From Burkholderiales bacterium (lineage in GTDB: Bacteria > Pseudomonadota > Gammaproteobacteria > Burkholderiales > SG8-39), in assembly GCA_035476235.1 (NCBI GenBank), contig DATILQ010000266.1, positions 1 through 59,705 on the forward strand: a stretch of 59,705 nt of DNA. The letters run 5' to 3'. Made by a program: the position numbers and the translations under genes. The notes beneath the pieces are model-generated. The model was not told the DNA's origin and ran no database searches. It saw only the letters and a list, made by a program, of their open reading frames with translations. This document shows, one piece after another, positions 26,481 to 36,689 of this stretch. How positions within the stretch are numbered: position 1 is the stretch's first letter; every line of letters begins with the position of its first letter.

Positions 26481-27134
26481 TTATTTTCGCCTGAAAAACA
26501 GGTCGCGGATCGGATGGCCGAGGCGCTGGCCGCGCATCTCGAATTTCGTCGTCGACCTTTCAATGAATCCGGTCTTCGCGCTCTCGAGGAGCGACTCCTG
26601 CGTAAAGACTGAATTCATGTGCTCGGCATAGTCCGGCCAGTCGGTGGCCGCATGAAGCGTGCCGCCGGGCCTGAGCTTGCGCGCCGCAAGCGCCGCGAAT
26701 TGCGCCTGCACCAGGCGACGCTTGTGGTGGCGCTTCTTCGGCCAGGGATCGGGAAAGAACAGGTGAATCGCGGCGAGCGCGCCGTCGGGAATCATGCGCG
26801 TGAGCACCTCCACGGCGTCGTGCCGGATGATGCGGACGTTGGCGAGTCCGTCCGCGGCGATGCGGTTGAGCAGGCTGCCGACGCCCGGACCGTGCACCTC
26901 GACGGCGATGAAATCGGCCTCGGGCTTCGCCCTGGCGATCGCTGCGGTGGTCTCGCCCATCCCCGACCCGATTTCAAGAACCAGGGGAGCAATGCGGCCA
27001 AAGATTTTTCCTGAATCGATCGTTTCCGGCTGAAACGGCAAACCATACTTCGGAAAGAGCTCTTCAAGCGCCCTTCGCTGCGCGGACGTCGTCCTGCCCT
27101 GGCGCAGGACGTAACTGCGGATTGGCCGATTCAA
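26481..27134 (-). CDS. trmB: tRNA (guanine-N7)-methyltransferase
   Basis: [27 protein letters not shown] motif and [14 protein letters not shown] block. TTG start overlaps the thiG stop. Confidence 0.9.
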   Translation of the reverse strand: MNRPIRSYVLRQGRTTSAQRRALEELFPKYGLPFQPETIDSGKIFGRIAPLVLEIGSGMGETTAAIARAKPEADFIAVEVHGPGVGSLLNRIAADGLANVRIIRHDAVEVLTRMIPDGALAAIHLFFPDPWPKKRHHKRRLVQAQFAALAARKLRPGGTLHAATDWPDYAEHMNSVFTQESLLESAKTGFIERSTTKFEMRGQRLGHPIRDLFFRRK

Positions 27135-27934
27135 GCCGCCTTCGGCTGCGAGGAGGAGATCGTGCCTTCGGTGGGCGAGCTCGGCGCCGCGGAGTAGAGC
27201 TTTTTCGGCATGCGGCCGGCGAGGAAGGCTTCGCGCCCGGCCTCGACCGCCTTCTTCATCGCTTTGGCCATCAGCACGGGATCCTTTGCCGCGGCGATCG
27301 CGGTGTTCATCAGCACGCCGTCGCAGCCCAGCTCCATCGCGATCGCGGCATCGGAGGCGGTGCCGACCCCGGCGTCGACCAGCACCGGCAGCTTCACTTT
27401 ATCGATCACGAGCTGCAGGTTCCAGGGATTGAGAATCCCCATGCCCGAGCCGATGAGCGAGGCAAGCGGCATGACGGCGACGCAGCCGGCGGCTTCCAGC
27501 ATCTGCGCCTGGATCGGGTCGTCGGAGCAGTAGACCATCACCTTGAAGCCTTCCTTGACCAGCTGCTGCGCGGCCTTCAAGGTTTCCGGCATGTTCGGGT
27601 AGAGCGTGTGCGGGTCGCCGAGGACCTCCAGCTTGACCAGGTCGTGGCCGTCGAGCAGCTCGCGCGCGAGGCGCAAGGTGCGTACCGCGTCGGCGGCGCT
27701 GTAGCAGCCGGCCGTGTTCGGCAGATAGGTGTACTTGGAAGGCGGCAGCGCCTCGAGCAGGCTCGGCTCGCTGGGGTTCTGGCCGATGTTGGTGCGCCGG
27801 ATCGCCACCGTGACGATCTCCGCCCCCGACGCCTCGACCGCGGCGCGCGTTTCGGCGAAGTCGCGGTACTTGCCGGTGCCGACAAGCAGGCGCGAGCCGT
27901 AACGCCTGCCTGCCACGACGAGCGCGTCCTTCAT
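27131..27934 (-). CDS. thiG: Thiazole synthase
   Basis: Starting at the ATG at 27934: [25 protein letters not shown] and [11 protein letters not shown] blocks. Confidence 0.95.
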   Translation of the reverse strand: MKDALVVAGRRYGSRLLVGTGKYRDFAETRAAVEASGAEIVTVAIRRTNIGQNPSEPSLLEALPPSKYTYLPNTAGCYSAADAVRTLRLARELLDGHDLVKLEVLGDPHTLYPNMPETLKAAQQLVKEGFKVMVYCSDDPIQAQMLEAAGCVAVMPLASLIGSGMGILNPWNLQLVIDKVKLPVLVDAGVGTASDAAIAMELGCDGVLMNTAIAAAKDPVLMAKAMKKAVEAGREAFLAGRMPKKLYSAAPSSPTEGTISSSQPKAA

Positions 27935-27935
27935 G

Positions 27936-28139
27936 CTAGCCACCGCCGACTGCCACGACGATCTCCAGCCGATCGCCGTCGGCAATCAAAGTGCTGCGGT
28001 GAGCGCTCCTCGGGACGATCTCGCCGTTTCGCTCCACCGCCACCTTCTTGCCTCTGCAGTCGAGCCTCGCGAGCAGCGCCGCCACATCGAGCGGCGCGTC
28101 AAAGCGCTGGGCGTCGCCGTTCACGGTAACCCTGATCAT
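27936..28139 (-). CDS. thiS: Sulfur-carrier protein ThiS
   Basis: 67 aa ending in GG, immediately upstream of thiG. The start at 28139 (MIRVTVNG) is preferred over 28151. Confidence 0.85.
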   Translation of the reverse strand: MIRVTVNGDAQRFDAPLDVAALLARLDCRGKKVAVERNGEIVPRSAHRSTLIADGDRLEIVVAVGGG

Positions 28140-28208
28140 GGAAACAATCATACCCCAGCAGCCTCGCTGTCTTCCCGTTAGACTGGCGCAAAAAAGGGGA
28201 GAAATGCG

Positions 28209-28661
28209 ATGACTTCAACGCTGCTGCTGGCTCAATTTGCGTCCCAGAATATCGCCCTGTTCTGCTGCGCGCTTTTCGCAGGGGCCGCCACCTACGTCAG
28301 TCTTGTCGAGCACCCCAGGATGGACGAGGGCGAAGCGGAACTGGCCGACATCACCCTCCTGGCATCGCACCCCAGGCCCGCCATCTTTCAGGCCGCGCTC
28401 GGCGTCGTCGGCTCATTGGCCGCGCTGCTTGCCGGATCGGCAGCCGGAGCCACGTGGTGGCTCGCCGGCGGGGCGGTCCTCGGAGCAGCGGCGTTATGGC
28501 AGGTGTTCGCAGTGCTGCCCTTGATCCGCCGTCTTACCGGAAGCAAGGGCCGCGCGAATCCGAGAAATGCGGCGCAGATCATTGCAAGGCTGGCGAAGCT
28601 GCACGCTGCGCTGAGCCTGGCGGCCCTGGCTGCGCTATTCATGTTCATCATGAAAGCCTGA
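28209..28661 (+). CDS. DUF1772/anthrone-oxygenase-like membrane protein
   Basis: 150 aa with four hydrophobic helices and a family-like N-terminal block ([20 protein letters not shown]). Confidence 0.55.
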   Translation: MTSTLLLAQFASQNIALFCCALFAGAATYVSLVEHPRMDEGEAELADITLLASHPRPAIFQAALGVVGSLAALLAGSAAGATWWLAGGAVLGAAALWQVFAVLPLIRRLTGSKGRANPRNAAQIIARLAKLHAALSLAALAALFMFIMKA

Positions 28662-28681
28662 GCCGGTAGAATCCCCGACAC

Positions 28682-28755
28682 GCGGGTGTAGTTCAATGGC
28701 AGAACGGCAGCTTCCCATGCTGCATACGTGGGTTCGATTCCCATCACCCGCTCCA
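28682..28755 (+). tRNA. tRNA-Gly (anticodon CCC)
   Basis: Cloverleaf folded by hand: acceptor GCGGGTG/CACCCGC, D stem GTTC/GAAC, anticodon stem GCAGC/GCTGC with loop TTCCCAT, T arm GTGGG-TTCGATT-CCCAT, encoded CCA. Confidence 0.95.
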
Positions 28756-28773
28756 CAGTGCTAAATTGAGTGC

Positions 28774-29679
28774 GTGCCGTACTCGGTCGAAGGCAAGCTC
28801 GTCGTCGCGATTTCGTCGCGCGCGCTGCTCGACTTCGAGGACGAGAACCGCGTTTTCGAGCGCGACGGCGAGGACGCCTATATCGCGCTGCAGCTCGCGC
28901 GCCTGGACGTGCCGGCGCGCGAAGGGGTCGCGTTTCCGCTGGTGAAGAAGCTCCTCGCTTTCAATACGCCGCAGGCGCAACGCGTCGAGGTCGTGATCCT
29001 GTCGAAGAACGACCCGGTGTCGGGCCTGCGGGTGTTCCGCTCGGCCGAGCGCGCAGGGCTGCGCCTGGAGCGGGGTGTATTCACGCGCGGAAGCAACCCG
29101 TATCGCTACCTTGACGCTCTGAAGGCCAACCTGTTCCTGTCGGCGAACGAAAGCGACGTGATGAGCGCGCTCGACTCGAAGGTGCCCGCGGCGCGCGTCT
29201 ACCCGGAGTCGGCGCAGGCGGCGAGCCGCCATTCCGGCGAGGTGCGCATCGCCTTCGACGGCGACGCGGTCCTGTTCTCCGACGAGGCGGAGCGCGTATA
29301 TCAGAAAGACGGCCTGGATGCGTTTACGCGCCATGAGGCGGCGCATGCGCTCCAGCCGCTGCCGCCGGGCCCGTTCAAGCCGTTGCTCGAAGCGCTGCAG
29401 CGCCTGCAGGCGGCCGCCGGCACCGACGTGCCGATGCGCCTGCGCACCGCGCTGGTGACCGCGCGCAGCGCGCCGGCCCACGAGCGCGCGGTGCGCACGC
29501 TCATGGAATGGAACATCGCGGTGGACGAAGCGATGTTTCTCGGGGGCCTCGACAAGGGGGGGTTCCTGAAGGCTTTCGAGCCGGACTTCTACTTCGACGA
29601 TCAGCGCGGCCACGTCGATTCCGCACGCGCGCATGTCGCTGCCGGCCACGTGCCCTACGGGGTTGCGAACCTGCGCTAG
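28774..29679 (+). CDS. 5'-nucleotidase (cytosolic IMP/GMP-specific-like family)
   Basis: GTG start. KLVVAISSRALLDFE..., VVILSKNDP, RIAFDGDAVLFSDE and FYFDDQ blocks match this family as I remember it. Confidence 0.75.
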   Translation: MPYSVEGKLVVAISSRALLDFEDENRVFERDGEDAYIALQLARLDVPAREGVAFPLVKKLLAFNTPQAQRVEVVILSKNDPVSGLRVFRSAERAGLRLERGVFTRGSNPYRYLDALKANLFLSANESDVMSALDSKVPAARVYPESAQAASRHSGEVRIAFDGDAVLFSDEAERVYQKDGLDAFTRHEAAHALQPLPPGPFKPLLEALQRLQAAAGTDVPMRLRTALVTARSAPAHERAVRTLMEWNIAVDEAMFLGGLDKGGFLKAFEPDFYFDDQRGHVDSARAHVAAGHVPYGVANLR

Positions 29680-30878
29680 AGGAACAGCTCCCGCGGGTCG
29701 ACCTGGAGCTTGCTCTGCTCCATGGTGCGCCGGATCCGGTAGGGCTCGTCCGGCCGCAGCTTGGGATCCTTGTCGAGGTCGAGGATCTTGTGCGGCCGCA
29801 TCGGGTTGCCCTGGCCGTCGAGCACCACCATCACGCGCGGCTTGAGGCGCCGCACCAGGTTCTGCGCGATGACGATGCCGACTTCGGCGGAATTGAGCTC
29901 CACCACGCTGCCTACCGGGAACGCGCCGACGCACTGGATGAATTGCTCGACGAGCTCGGAGTGATAGCCGGTGCCGCGCTCCCGGTACAGGAAGCTGAGC
30001 GCGCTCGATGGCGACAGCGTCTCGGCGTAGGTCCGCACCGCGGTCAGCGCGTCGAAGGTATCGGCGATCGCCGCGAGCGAGCCGTAGAGCCCGATCTGCT
30101 CGGCCTTGAGCCCGCGCGGGTAACCGCTGCCGTCCTGCCGTTCGTGGTGCAGCAAGGCAAGCTCCGGCAGCCGCGACGGCAGGCCGGGCGTCGCCTGCAG
30201 GATCTCCGCCGACAGGGCGACGTGCTTTTTCGCGAACTCCGCCTGCTCCGGCGTCAGGGGTCCCTGCTTCTCCATGATCGAGGCCGGCAGCTGGGTCTTG
30301 CCGACGTCCTGCAGCAAGCCGAGCAATCCGAGCAGCTCGAGCTCCTCGCGCGCCAGCTCCAGGAAGCGCGCGAACACGATCATGTAGATGGAGACCTGCA
30401 GGGCGCGCGCATGTGCCGCCGCGCTCTTTTCGCGCAGCTTGGAGACCAGCAGCAGCGCATCGGGATTACGCACGACGCTGTCGGTGAGGCGCGTCACCGA
30501 TTCCCTGACTTCCCTGCCCTCCAGGACGGTACTGCCCTGGGTGAGCGGCCGCAGAAGCTCGTTCACGGCGGCGACGGTGTGCGTGTAGACCGGGGCCGCG
30601 CGCTGCACCTCGGTTTCGACATTGACCGTTTCGGGATAGACGGTGTTGCCGCGGATCTTGAAGCTGGGCAGCGCGCGCGCCCGCGAGCGATCCTCGAGCC
30701 CGGTTTTCTCCACGTCGACGAAGACGTGCTTGCAGAATTTCTTCAGGGCCTCCAGCTGCTGGTCGGTGCGCAGGTGAAAGCCCTGGAACATGAAAGGCGT
30801 ATCGGTCCACGGGCGATCGAGCTCGGCGATGTACATGCCGAACTCCAGCTGCCCCACCGGAACCTGTTTCCTCTCCAC
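29676..30878 (-). CDS. HD-GYP domain cyclic-di-GMP phosphodiesterase-type protein with a DUF3391-like N-terminus
   Basis: N-terminal LEFGMYIAELDRPW and C-terminal HHERQDGSGYPRGL (HD-GYP signature). Confidence 0.9.
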   Translation of the reverse strand: MERKQVPVGQLEFGMYIAELDRPWTDTPFMFQGFHLRTDQQLEALKKFCKHVFVDVEKTGLEDRSRARALPSFKIRGNTVYPETVNVETEVQRAAPVYTHTVAAVNELLRPLTQGSTVLEGREVRESVTRLTDSVVRNPDALLLVSKLREKSAAAHARALQVSIYMIVFARFLELAREELELLGLLGLLQDVGKTQLPASIMEKQGPLTPEQAEFAKKHVALSAEILQATPGLPSRLPELALLHHERQDGSGYPRGLKAEQIGLYGSLAAIADTFDALTAVRTYAETLSPSSALSFLYRERGTGYHSELVEQFIQCVGAFPVGSVVELNSAEVGIVIAQNLVRRLKPRVMVVLDGQGNPMRPHKILDLDKDPKLRPDEPYRIRRTMEQSKLQVDPRELFL

Positions 30879-30882
30879 CGCC

Positions 30883-32067
30883 TTATTCTAGCGGCAAGGA
30901 CTCCTCGACGAGCGCGGCGAGGTAGCCCGCGCCGAGCGGAATCACCTCATCGTTGAAGTCGTAGTTCGGATTGTGAAGGAAGCAGCCGCCCGGGCCGCCG
31001 CCCTGGCCGAGCCACACGTAGGCGCCGGGGCGCTCGAGCAGCATGTAGGAGAAGTCTTCGCCTCCCATGGTGGGATCGGCGTCGGTGACCACGTTTCCCT
31101 TGCCGAAGATGCGCTCGCCGATGCGCGCGGCGAACTGCGCTTCGCGTTCGCTGTTGATGGTGGGCGGATAGCCCCGCCGGAAATCGACCTCGGCGCTCGC
31201 GCCGAATGCCTGCGCGACGTGCGTCGCGATTTCCTTCGCGCGCTTCTCCGCGAGCTCGCGCGTCTCGCGCCGGAAGCTTCGCACCGTGCCGATCAGGCGC
31301 ACGGAGTCGGGGATCACGTTGAATGCGCCGAGCTGGCTCGTCTGCATCGAGGCGATGCTCACCACCACCGCGTCCACGGGACTGACGTTGCGGCTCGCAA
31401 TCGTCTGCAGCGCGGTGATGATGTGCGACGCGGCGACGACCGGATCGATGACGAGGTGCGGCATCGCCGCGTGTCCGCCGCGTCCGCGCACGATGATCTG
31501 GATCTCGTCGGTGGCGGCCATGACCGGTCCTGCGCGCACCGCCAGCTTTCCGGGCGGCAGCCCCGGCCAGTTGTGCAGCGCATAGATCTCGTTCGCCGGG
31601 AAGCGCTCGAACAAGCCTTCCTTCACCATCACCTGCCCGCCGCCGCCGCCTTCCTCGGCAGGCTGGAAGATGAGATAGGCGGTGCCGCCGAAGTCGCGGG
31701 TCTCGGCCAGATAACGCGCGGCACCCAGCAGCATGGTGGTGTGCCCATCGTGCCCGCACGCGTGCATGCGGCCATCGTGGCGCGAGCGGTAGGGCACGCT
31801 CCCGGTCTCGTGCACCGGCAGGCCGTCCATGTCGGCGCGCAGGCCGATGGCGCGGCCGCCTGAGGTGCCGCGGCCTTTCACCACGCCGACCACCCCGGTC
31901 TTCGCCAGGCCGCGATGCACTTCGATGCCCCAGCTTGCCAGCTTGTCTGCCACCAGCGCCGAAGTACGGGTCTCCTCGAACGCCAGCTCGGGATGCGCAT
32001 GCAGGTCGTGCCGGATCGCCTTCAGCTCGGGGTGGTATTTGCGGATGTGCTCTACGGGGTTGCCCAT
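30883..32067 (-). CDS. M20D-family amidohydrolase (hippurate hydrolase / N-acyl-amino-acid amidohydrolase-like)
   Basis: Starting at the ATG at 32067: IRHDLHAHPELAFEE, ACGHDGH and FQPAEEGGGG blocks. Confidence 0.9.
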   Translation of the reverse strand: MGNPVEHIRKYHPELKAIRHDLHAHPELAFEETRTSALVADKLASWGIEVHRGLAKTGVVGVVKGRGTSGGRAIGLRADMDGLPVHETGSVPYRSRHDGRMHACGHDGHTTMLLGAARYLAETRDFGGTAYLIFQPAEEGGGGGQVMVKEGLFERFPANEIYALHNWPGLPPGKLAVRAGPVMAATDEIQIIVRGRGGHAAMPHLVIDPVVAASHIITALQTIASRNVSPVDAVVVSIASMQTSQLGAFNVIPDSVRLIGTVRSFRRETRELAEKRAKEIATHVAQAFGASAEVDFRRGYPPTINSEREAQFAARIGERIFGKGNVVTDADPTMGGEDFSYMLLERPGAYVWLGQGGGPGGCFLHNPNYDFNDEVIPLGAGYLAALVEESLPLE

Positions 32068-32087
32068 GGCCCCATTAGAATCCGGGC

Positions 32088-33131
32088 GTGCCCGCTTTCG
32101 CAAGCCTTCTCATCGCCTGGCAGCGCCGTCACGGGCGCAAAGGGCTTCCCTGGCAGGACACGCGGGACCCGTACCGCATCTGGCTCTCGGAAGTGATGCT
32201 GCAGCAGACGCAGGTGGCGGCGGTCATTCCCTACTACCGGCGCTTCGTCTCGCGCTTTCCAGACGTGCAGGCGCTCGCTCGCGCGGACGAGGACGAGGTG
32301 CTGCGGCTCTGGAGCGGCCTCGGCTACTACGCGCGCGCGCGCAACCTGCATCGGGCCGCTCGAAAGATCGTCTCCGAACACGGCGGCAGATTCCCGGATG
32401 CGGTAGACGAGATCGAGCAGATTCCCGGCGTCGGGCGCTCGAGCGCCGCGGCGATCGCGTCGTTCGCCTTCGGCCGCCGCGCTGCGATTCTCGACGGCAA
32501 CGTCAAGCGCGTGCTCGCCCGCTGCTACGGCGTCGAAGGCTGGCCGCGGGAGCGCGAAGTAGAAGCGAAGCTGTGGCGGCTTGCGGAGCGCCTGCTTCCC
32601 AAGGACGACGTTGGCGTCTACACGCAGGCGCTGATGGATCTCGGCGCGACCGTCTGCATAAGGAATCCGCGTTGCGAGGTGTGCCCGGTGAGGCGACGCT
32701 GCCTGGCGCGGCGCGAGAACCGGGCGCACGAGCTGCCTGCACCGCGACCAAGGAAGGAAATTCCGCTGAGAGACGCCACCTGGCTGCTGCTGTTGCACAA
32801 CCAGCAGGTCCTGCTCGAACGCAGGCCCGGCGCGGGGCTTTGGGGCGGTCTGTGGGCTTTTCCGGTGGCGAGCAACGCGGGATATGCGGCGCAAGCTCGC
32901 GAACTGGGTTGCGAGATCTCATCGACGCGCGAGCTGGAGCCGCTCGAGCACGGCTTCACCCACTTTCGCCTGCGCATCCGCCCCGTGCTATGCGGGGTCG
33001 CAAGAACGCTGCCGGGCGTCGCGGCCCCGGGGCGGCTCTGGATTGATCTGGAGGATGCCGCGCAGGCCGCCGCGCCGGCCCCGGTGAAAAAGCTCATCGC
33101 GCGGCTGCGCGCGACTAACGCGTCATGGTGA
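32088..33131 (+). CDS. mutY: A/G-specific adenine DNA glycosylase
   Basis: LPWQDTRDPYRIWLSEVMLQQTQV, GLGYYARARNLH, the Fe-S cluster Cys pattern (C...C..C.....C) and a NUDIX-like C-terminus. Confidence 0.9.
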   Translation: MPAFASLLIAWQRRHGRKGLPWQDTRDPYRIWLSEVMLQQTQVAAVIPYYRRFVSRFPDVQALARADEDEVLRLWSGLGYYARARNLHRAARKIVSEHGGRFPDAVDEIEQIPGVGRSSAAAIASFAFGRRAAILDGNVKRVLARCYGVEGWPREREVEAKLWRLAERLLPKDDVGVYTQALMDLGATVCIRNPRCEVCPVRRRCLARRENRAHELPAPRPRKEIPLRDATWLLLLHNQQVLLERRPGAGLWGGLWAFPVASNAGYAAQARELGCEISSTRELEPLEHGFTHFRLRIRPVLCGVARTLPGVAAPGRLWIDLEDAAQAAAPAPVKKLIARLRATNASW

Positions 33132-33549
33132 GGCGGATGCGGTTACGCCCGAAAACGTAGGCGTAATCGCGTGTCGCTGCCAGCTCCTTGGTGAGAAGGA
33201 CTCCGAGGCCGCCGATCGCGCGCCTTTCGAGCGTCGTCGTCATGTCGATAGGCTTGTCCGGCAGCCTGGCGTAGGGATTGAATGGCGGCGCGGTGTCCTC
33301 GTAGGTCACCTGTACCGCGCTGGGCCCCGCCTCGAGGCTCAACCATACGGGCGCATCGCAGTCCTGCCGATGGCCGTGCCGGATGGTGTTGATGAACAGC
33401 TCCTCCACGACCAGGTGGAGCCGCAGGCAGCGCTCCCGCTCGATGCCCGCCTGGTCGCAAAAATCTGTCAGGAACGCGGACAAAGGTCGCAACTCGGCGA
33501 GCCGCGACGGAAACATCGCCAAGCGGGAGTTTTTAACGCTATGGGCCAT
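33115..33549 (-). CDS. RsbW/SpoIIAB-type anti-sigma-factor-like Ser kinase (HATPase_c_2)
   Basis: 144 aa with N-box EELFINTIRHG and G-box GGLGVLL. Size and layout are those of partner-switching kinases. Confidence 0.8.
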   Translation of the reverse strand: MAHSVKNSRLAMFPSRLAELRPLSAFLTDFCDQAGIERERCLRLHLVVEELFINTIRHGHRQDCDAPVWLSLEAGPSAVQVTYEDTAPPFNPYARLPDKPIDMTTTLERRAIGGLGVLLTKELAATRDYAYVFGRNRIRLTMTR

Positions 33550-33601
33550 GGGATCCGGCGCATTATAGAATCCGTTGAAGCGACCTTAAGGGAGGGCCAT
33601 C

Positions 33602-34039
33602 ATGCGTTGGGCACTTTTGGTATGCCTGTTCTGCTTCGCGGCCGGCGTTTGGGCGGGCGATGTGGGGCAGATCAAGGCCGCTACGGGAGCGGTGTTCCTC
33701 GAGCGGCAAGGCCAGCGGCTGCCGGCCACGGCGGGCATGCCGGTGCAGGAGTCCGATACGCTGGTCACCGGCGCCGACGGCTCGGCCGGGGTGACGTTCT
33801 CCGATAACAGCGTGCTTTCGGTGGGCCCGGGCAGCGTATTGGCGATCGAGCGCTATGCGTTCGATTCGACCACGCACAACGGGCATTTCGATGCCTCGCT
33901 GAAGAAGGGAACGCTCGCCGTCGTCTCCGGCAAGATGGTCAAGCAATCGCCGGACGCAATGAGGGTGCGCACGCCTTCCTCGATCATGGGTGTTCGCGGT
34001 ACCGAGTTCGTCGTGAAGGTCACCGAACCGGGAAGCTGA
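33602..34039 (+). CDS. Secreted FecR-domain protein
   Basis: Signal peptide, then G.V.......G......G..V...D.L.TGADGSAGVTFSDNSVLSVGPGS... and the GVRGTEF motif. Confidence 0.8.
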   Translation: MRWALLVCLFCFAAGVWAGDVGQIKAATGAVFLERQGQRLPATAGMPVQESDTLVTGADGSAGVTFSDNSVLSVGPGSVLAIERYAFDSTTHNGHFDASLKKGTLAVVSGKMVKQSPDAMRVRTPSSIMGVRGTEFVVKVTEPGS

Positions 34040-34042
34040 GCG

Positions 34043-34711
34043 ATGCTGGTGCTGGCGCTCGGCGCGCTGGTCATCCTCGGCGCGATCTTTGCGCAGCCGG
34101 CGCCGCTCGAAGAGGCCGTCGTCGCAGCTCCGCCCAGCCCGGAGCGTCCTACCAGCACAGTCATCGTGCCGCCGGCGCCGCTCGAAGAGACCGTCGTGGT
34201 TCTGCCTAGCCTAGACGGTCATACCGGCACGGTCATCGTGCAGCGCGGCGGCGAGCGCCATGTGCTCAACCGGCCGTTTGCGGCGAGCCGGCTGGCGGGC
34301 GGGCAGTCCGAAATGGTGCAGCTATCCGCTGTCGAAGTGCGCCAGTCTTTCGCTGTCACGCTCGAAGCCCTGCCCGCCAGGCCGACCACGTTTCTGCTTT
34401 ACTTCGTGAGGGGCACCGACGAGCTGACCGACGAATCGAAACAGGAGCTGAAAAAGATCCTGGCAGAGCTGAAGCAGCGACCCGTCCCGAACATCATGGT
34501 CGTCGGGCACACCGATACCGTCGGCAAGCTTGAAGCGAACGACCTGCTGTCGGCACAGCGCGCCGAGCGGATGAAGGGCTTCCTCACCGAGATCGGAATT
34601 CCCGCCAGTCAGATCCAGACTGCCGGCCGCGGCGAGCGAGAGCTACTCGTGCCGACCGCCGACAACATCGACGAGCCGCGCAACCGGCGCGTCGAGATCA
34701 GCGTCCGCTAG
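34043..34711 (+). CDS. OmpA-like peptidoglycan-binding protein
   Basis: The C-terminal VVGHTDTVG...NDLLSAQRAERM...GRGE...NRRVEI is the OmpA_C signature. The N-terminus carries a duplicated PAPLEE(A/T)VV segment. Confidence 0.85.
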   Translation: MLVLALGALVILGAIFAQPAPLEEAVVAAPPSPERPTSTVIVPPAPLEETVVVLPSLDGHTGTVIVQRGGERHVLNRPFAASRLAGGQSEMVQLSAVEVRQSFAVTLEALPARPTTFLLYFVRGTDELTDESKQELKKILAELKQRPVPNIMVVGHTDTVGKLEANDLLSAQRAERMKGFLTEIGIPASQIQTAGRGERELLVPTADNIDEPRNRRVEISVR

Positions 34712-36689
34712 CGCCTGCGCCGTTCCAGCGCACGCAAAGCAGGGCAAGGTCGTCTGATTGCTCCGTAGTGCCGGTGAACTTGCGCACGTCCGCTCGCACC
34801 GCCGCGACGACCGCGTCCGGCGCGGCCGACGCGAGGGGTGTCAATACCGCATGCAGGCGCGCGGCGCCGTAGAACTCGCCCGCCGCGTTCATCGCCTCGG
34901 TCACGCCATCGGTGAGCACGCACAGCCACTCGCCCGCTTCCAGGACGCGGTGCCCGCTCGGATACTCGAAGCCCTCCAGCACGCATAGCGGCGGCCCGCC
35001 GGAATGCTCGACGCGTTCGGGGACGCTGCCCGGCCGGCAGGCAATCGGCGGCTCGTGGCCAGCGTTGCAGAAAGCCAGCGCGCCGCTGCGCACGTCGAGC
35101 AGCCCTGCGAACGCCGTGACGAAGAACGATTCCGCGTTGTCGCGGCAGATTTCCGCGTTTGCGAGCATGAGGAGCGCGCCGGGGTCGCGAGGGCCCCGCA
35201 GGGCGATGCTCTTCAACAGCGACTTGGACAGCGCCATGAACAGGCTGGCCGGAAGTCCCTTGCCCGAAACGTCGCCGACCACCAGGAACAGCCGGTCCGC
35301 GTCCAGCATGAAGCAGTCGTAAAAATCGCCGCCGACCATTCGCGCCGGCTCGAGCAGCGCGTCGAGGGCAAAGCCCGTCTGCCCGGCGAAAACCGTGCGC
35401 GGCACCGGCAGCAACCCCATCTGGATGCGCCGCGCGGCTTCCAGCTCGCCGGCGACGCGCGCCTGCGCTTCGCGCAGCAGCCGCCGCTGGCGGTCGGCTT
35501 CGGCAAACGTCGCGCCGAGCAGGGCCGCGAAGACGGCGATTGCCGCGAGCGCCGGAGCCGCGACGTTCAGCAACAGCCCGGTCATGAAGGCGAGGATCCC
35601 CGCGGCCGCCAGCGCGAGCAGGCCCGCCGCCAGAAGCGCGAAGGACATCCACGGGCGCGCTGCCGGAACGAACAAGACGAGCAGGACCCCCACGCCGGCC
35701 AGCAGCGCGGCTTCGGTCCACGCCGCGCCCGTGGGCCGGCGCAGATACGTGGCATCGAAAATCTGCTCGAGGATTTGCGCGTGCACTTCCACCCCTGGGA
35801 TGCGCTCGCCAAGCGGGGTGGCCTGGAAATCGAGCAAGCCCAATCCCGACACGCCGACGAGAACGAATTTGTCGCGGAACAACTCGGCAGCGGCCTTTCC
35901 GGAAAGCACATCCTCGGCCGAGACGAAGCGCTGCGCATCGTGACGCCCGAAATACACGTTCAGCATGCCGTCGGACTGGATCGGAATGGACACGGAACCG
36001 ACATTGAGGTCCACCTGCTCGCCGCCGCGGTCGTCGATGCGCAGGTCCTGCGTGCCGGTGGCGATGCGAACCATCTCCACGGCAAGCGCCGGCACGATGA
36101 CTTTTCCGATGCGCGCAACCAGGGGGATTCGCCGGACGATGCGATCCGGCGAGTCGGCGCTGATCAGCCCGCGGCCGGCGGCTGCCCGATCGATCTCCGG
36201 CCGGCTCTGCAGCTGGCCATCGAACTGCCGTAACGGCAGCTCGCGCTGGCCGGACGACAGCACCGGCGCCACGTGCGGCGGATGCGGGAAACGGCGGTCG
36301 CGATAGTCGATCCCGGCGATGCCCAGCACCACCTTCCCGCCTTGGACCGCCTGCGCGAACGCCGCGTCGGCTCCCGCCACCGAGCGGTCCGGCTCGACGA
36401 ACAGCAGGTCGACGCCGATCGCCGCCGGCCCGGCGCGCGAAATGGCGCGCACGAGGTCCGCCGTAACGCTGCGTGGCCATGGCCACTGCCCCAGCGTGTC
36501 GAGCGAGCGCTCGTCGATGTCCACGATGACTGCCGGCGCGGAGCTGCGCACGCGCGGCATCAGCCTTTGATAACCGTCAAACAGGGTTTCGCGCAGCGCC
36601 GCGACCGGCGGCGACTCGAGGCCGATGAGCAGAACGCAGACGGCGAGCAGCGCTGCGCCTATCAGCCGCGGCGCTGAACGCAGTCTCAG
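34698..36689 (-). CDS. CHASE2 sensor, transmembrane region and PP2C (SpoIIE/RsbU-type) phosphatase; start codon uncertain (CTG 36689 or 36683)
   Basis: N-terminal TM, then CHASE2 blocks (VIVDIDERSLDTLGQWPWPR, IGVDLLF), three TM helices, and a PP2C domain with GGDFYD and VVGDVSGKG. The upstream part of the 904-aa ORF overlaps the MBL gene out of frame and is rejected. Confidence 0.85.
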   Translation of the reverse strand: MRLRSAPRLIGAALLAVCVLLIGLESPPVAALRETLFDGYQRLMPRVRSSAPAVIVDIDERSLDTLGQWPWPRSVTADLVRAISRAGPAAIGVDLLFVEPDRSVAGADAAFAQAVQGGKVVLGIAGIDYRDRRFPHPPHVAPVLSSGQRELPLRQFDGQLQSRPEIDRAAAGRGLISADSPDRIVRRIPLVARIGKVIVPALAVEMVRIATGTQDLRIDDRGGEQVDLNVGSVSIPIQSDGMLNVYFGRHDAQRFVSAEDVLSGKAAAELFRDKFVLVGVSGLGLLDFQATPLGERIPGVEVHAQILEQIFDATYLRRPTGAAWTEAALLAGVGVLLVLFVPAARPWMSFALLAAGLLALAAAGILAFMTGLLLNVAAPALAAIAVFAALLGATFAEADRQRRLLREAQARVAGELEAARRIQMGLLPVPRTVFAGQTGFALDALLEPARMVGGDFYDCFMLDADRLFLVVGDVSGKGLPASLFMALSKSLLKSIALRGPRDPGALLMLANAEICRDNAESFFVTAFAGLLDVRSGALAFCNAGHEPPIACRPGSVPERVEHSGGPPLCVLEGFEYPSGHRVLEAGEWLCVLTDGVTEAMNAAGEFYGAARLHAVLTPLASAAPDAVVAAVRADVRKFTGTTEQSDDLALLCVRWNGAGASGR

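Noticed and set aside
28140-28208. Possible TPP riboswitch upstream of thiS-thiG
   Set aside because: Only 69 bp are available, shared with a divergent gene. The reverse-complement sequence lacks the conserved CTGAGA and pyrimidine-sensor elements of the THI-box.
28682-28800. tRNA-Gly as an integration site for a genomic island
   Set aside because: Both flanks are ordinary genes (DUF1772-like, 5'-nucleotidase). There is no integrase, and I saw no duplicated copy of the tRNA 3' end nearby.
33562-33567. Perfect TATAAT (minus strand) 12 nt upstream of the RsbW-like kinase start codon as its -10 box
   Set aside because: No convincing -35 element lies at the right spacing, and it would imply a nearly leaderless mRNA. 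Noted, but not supportable without start-site data.
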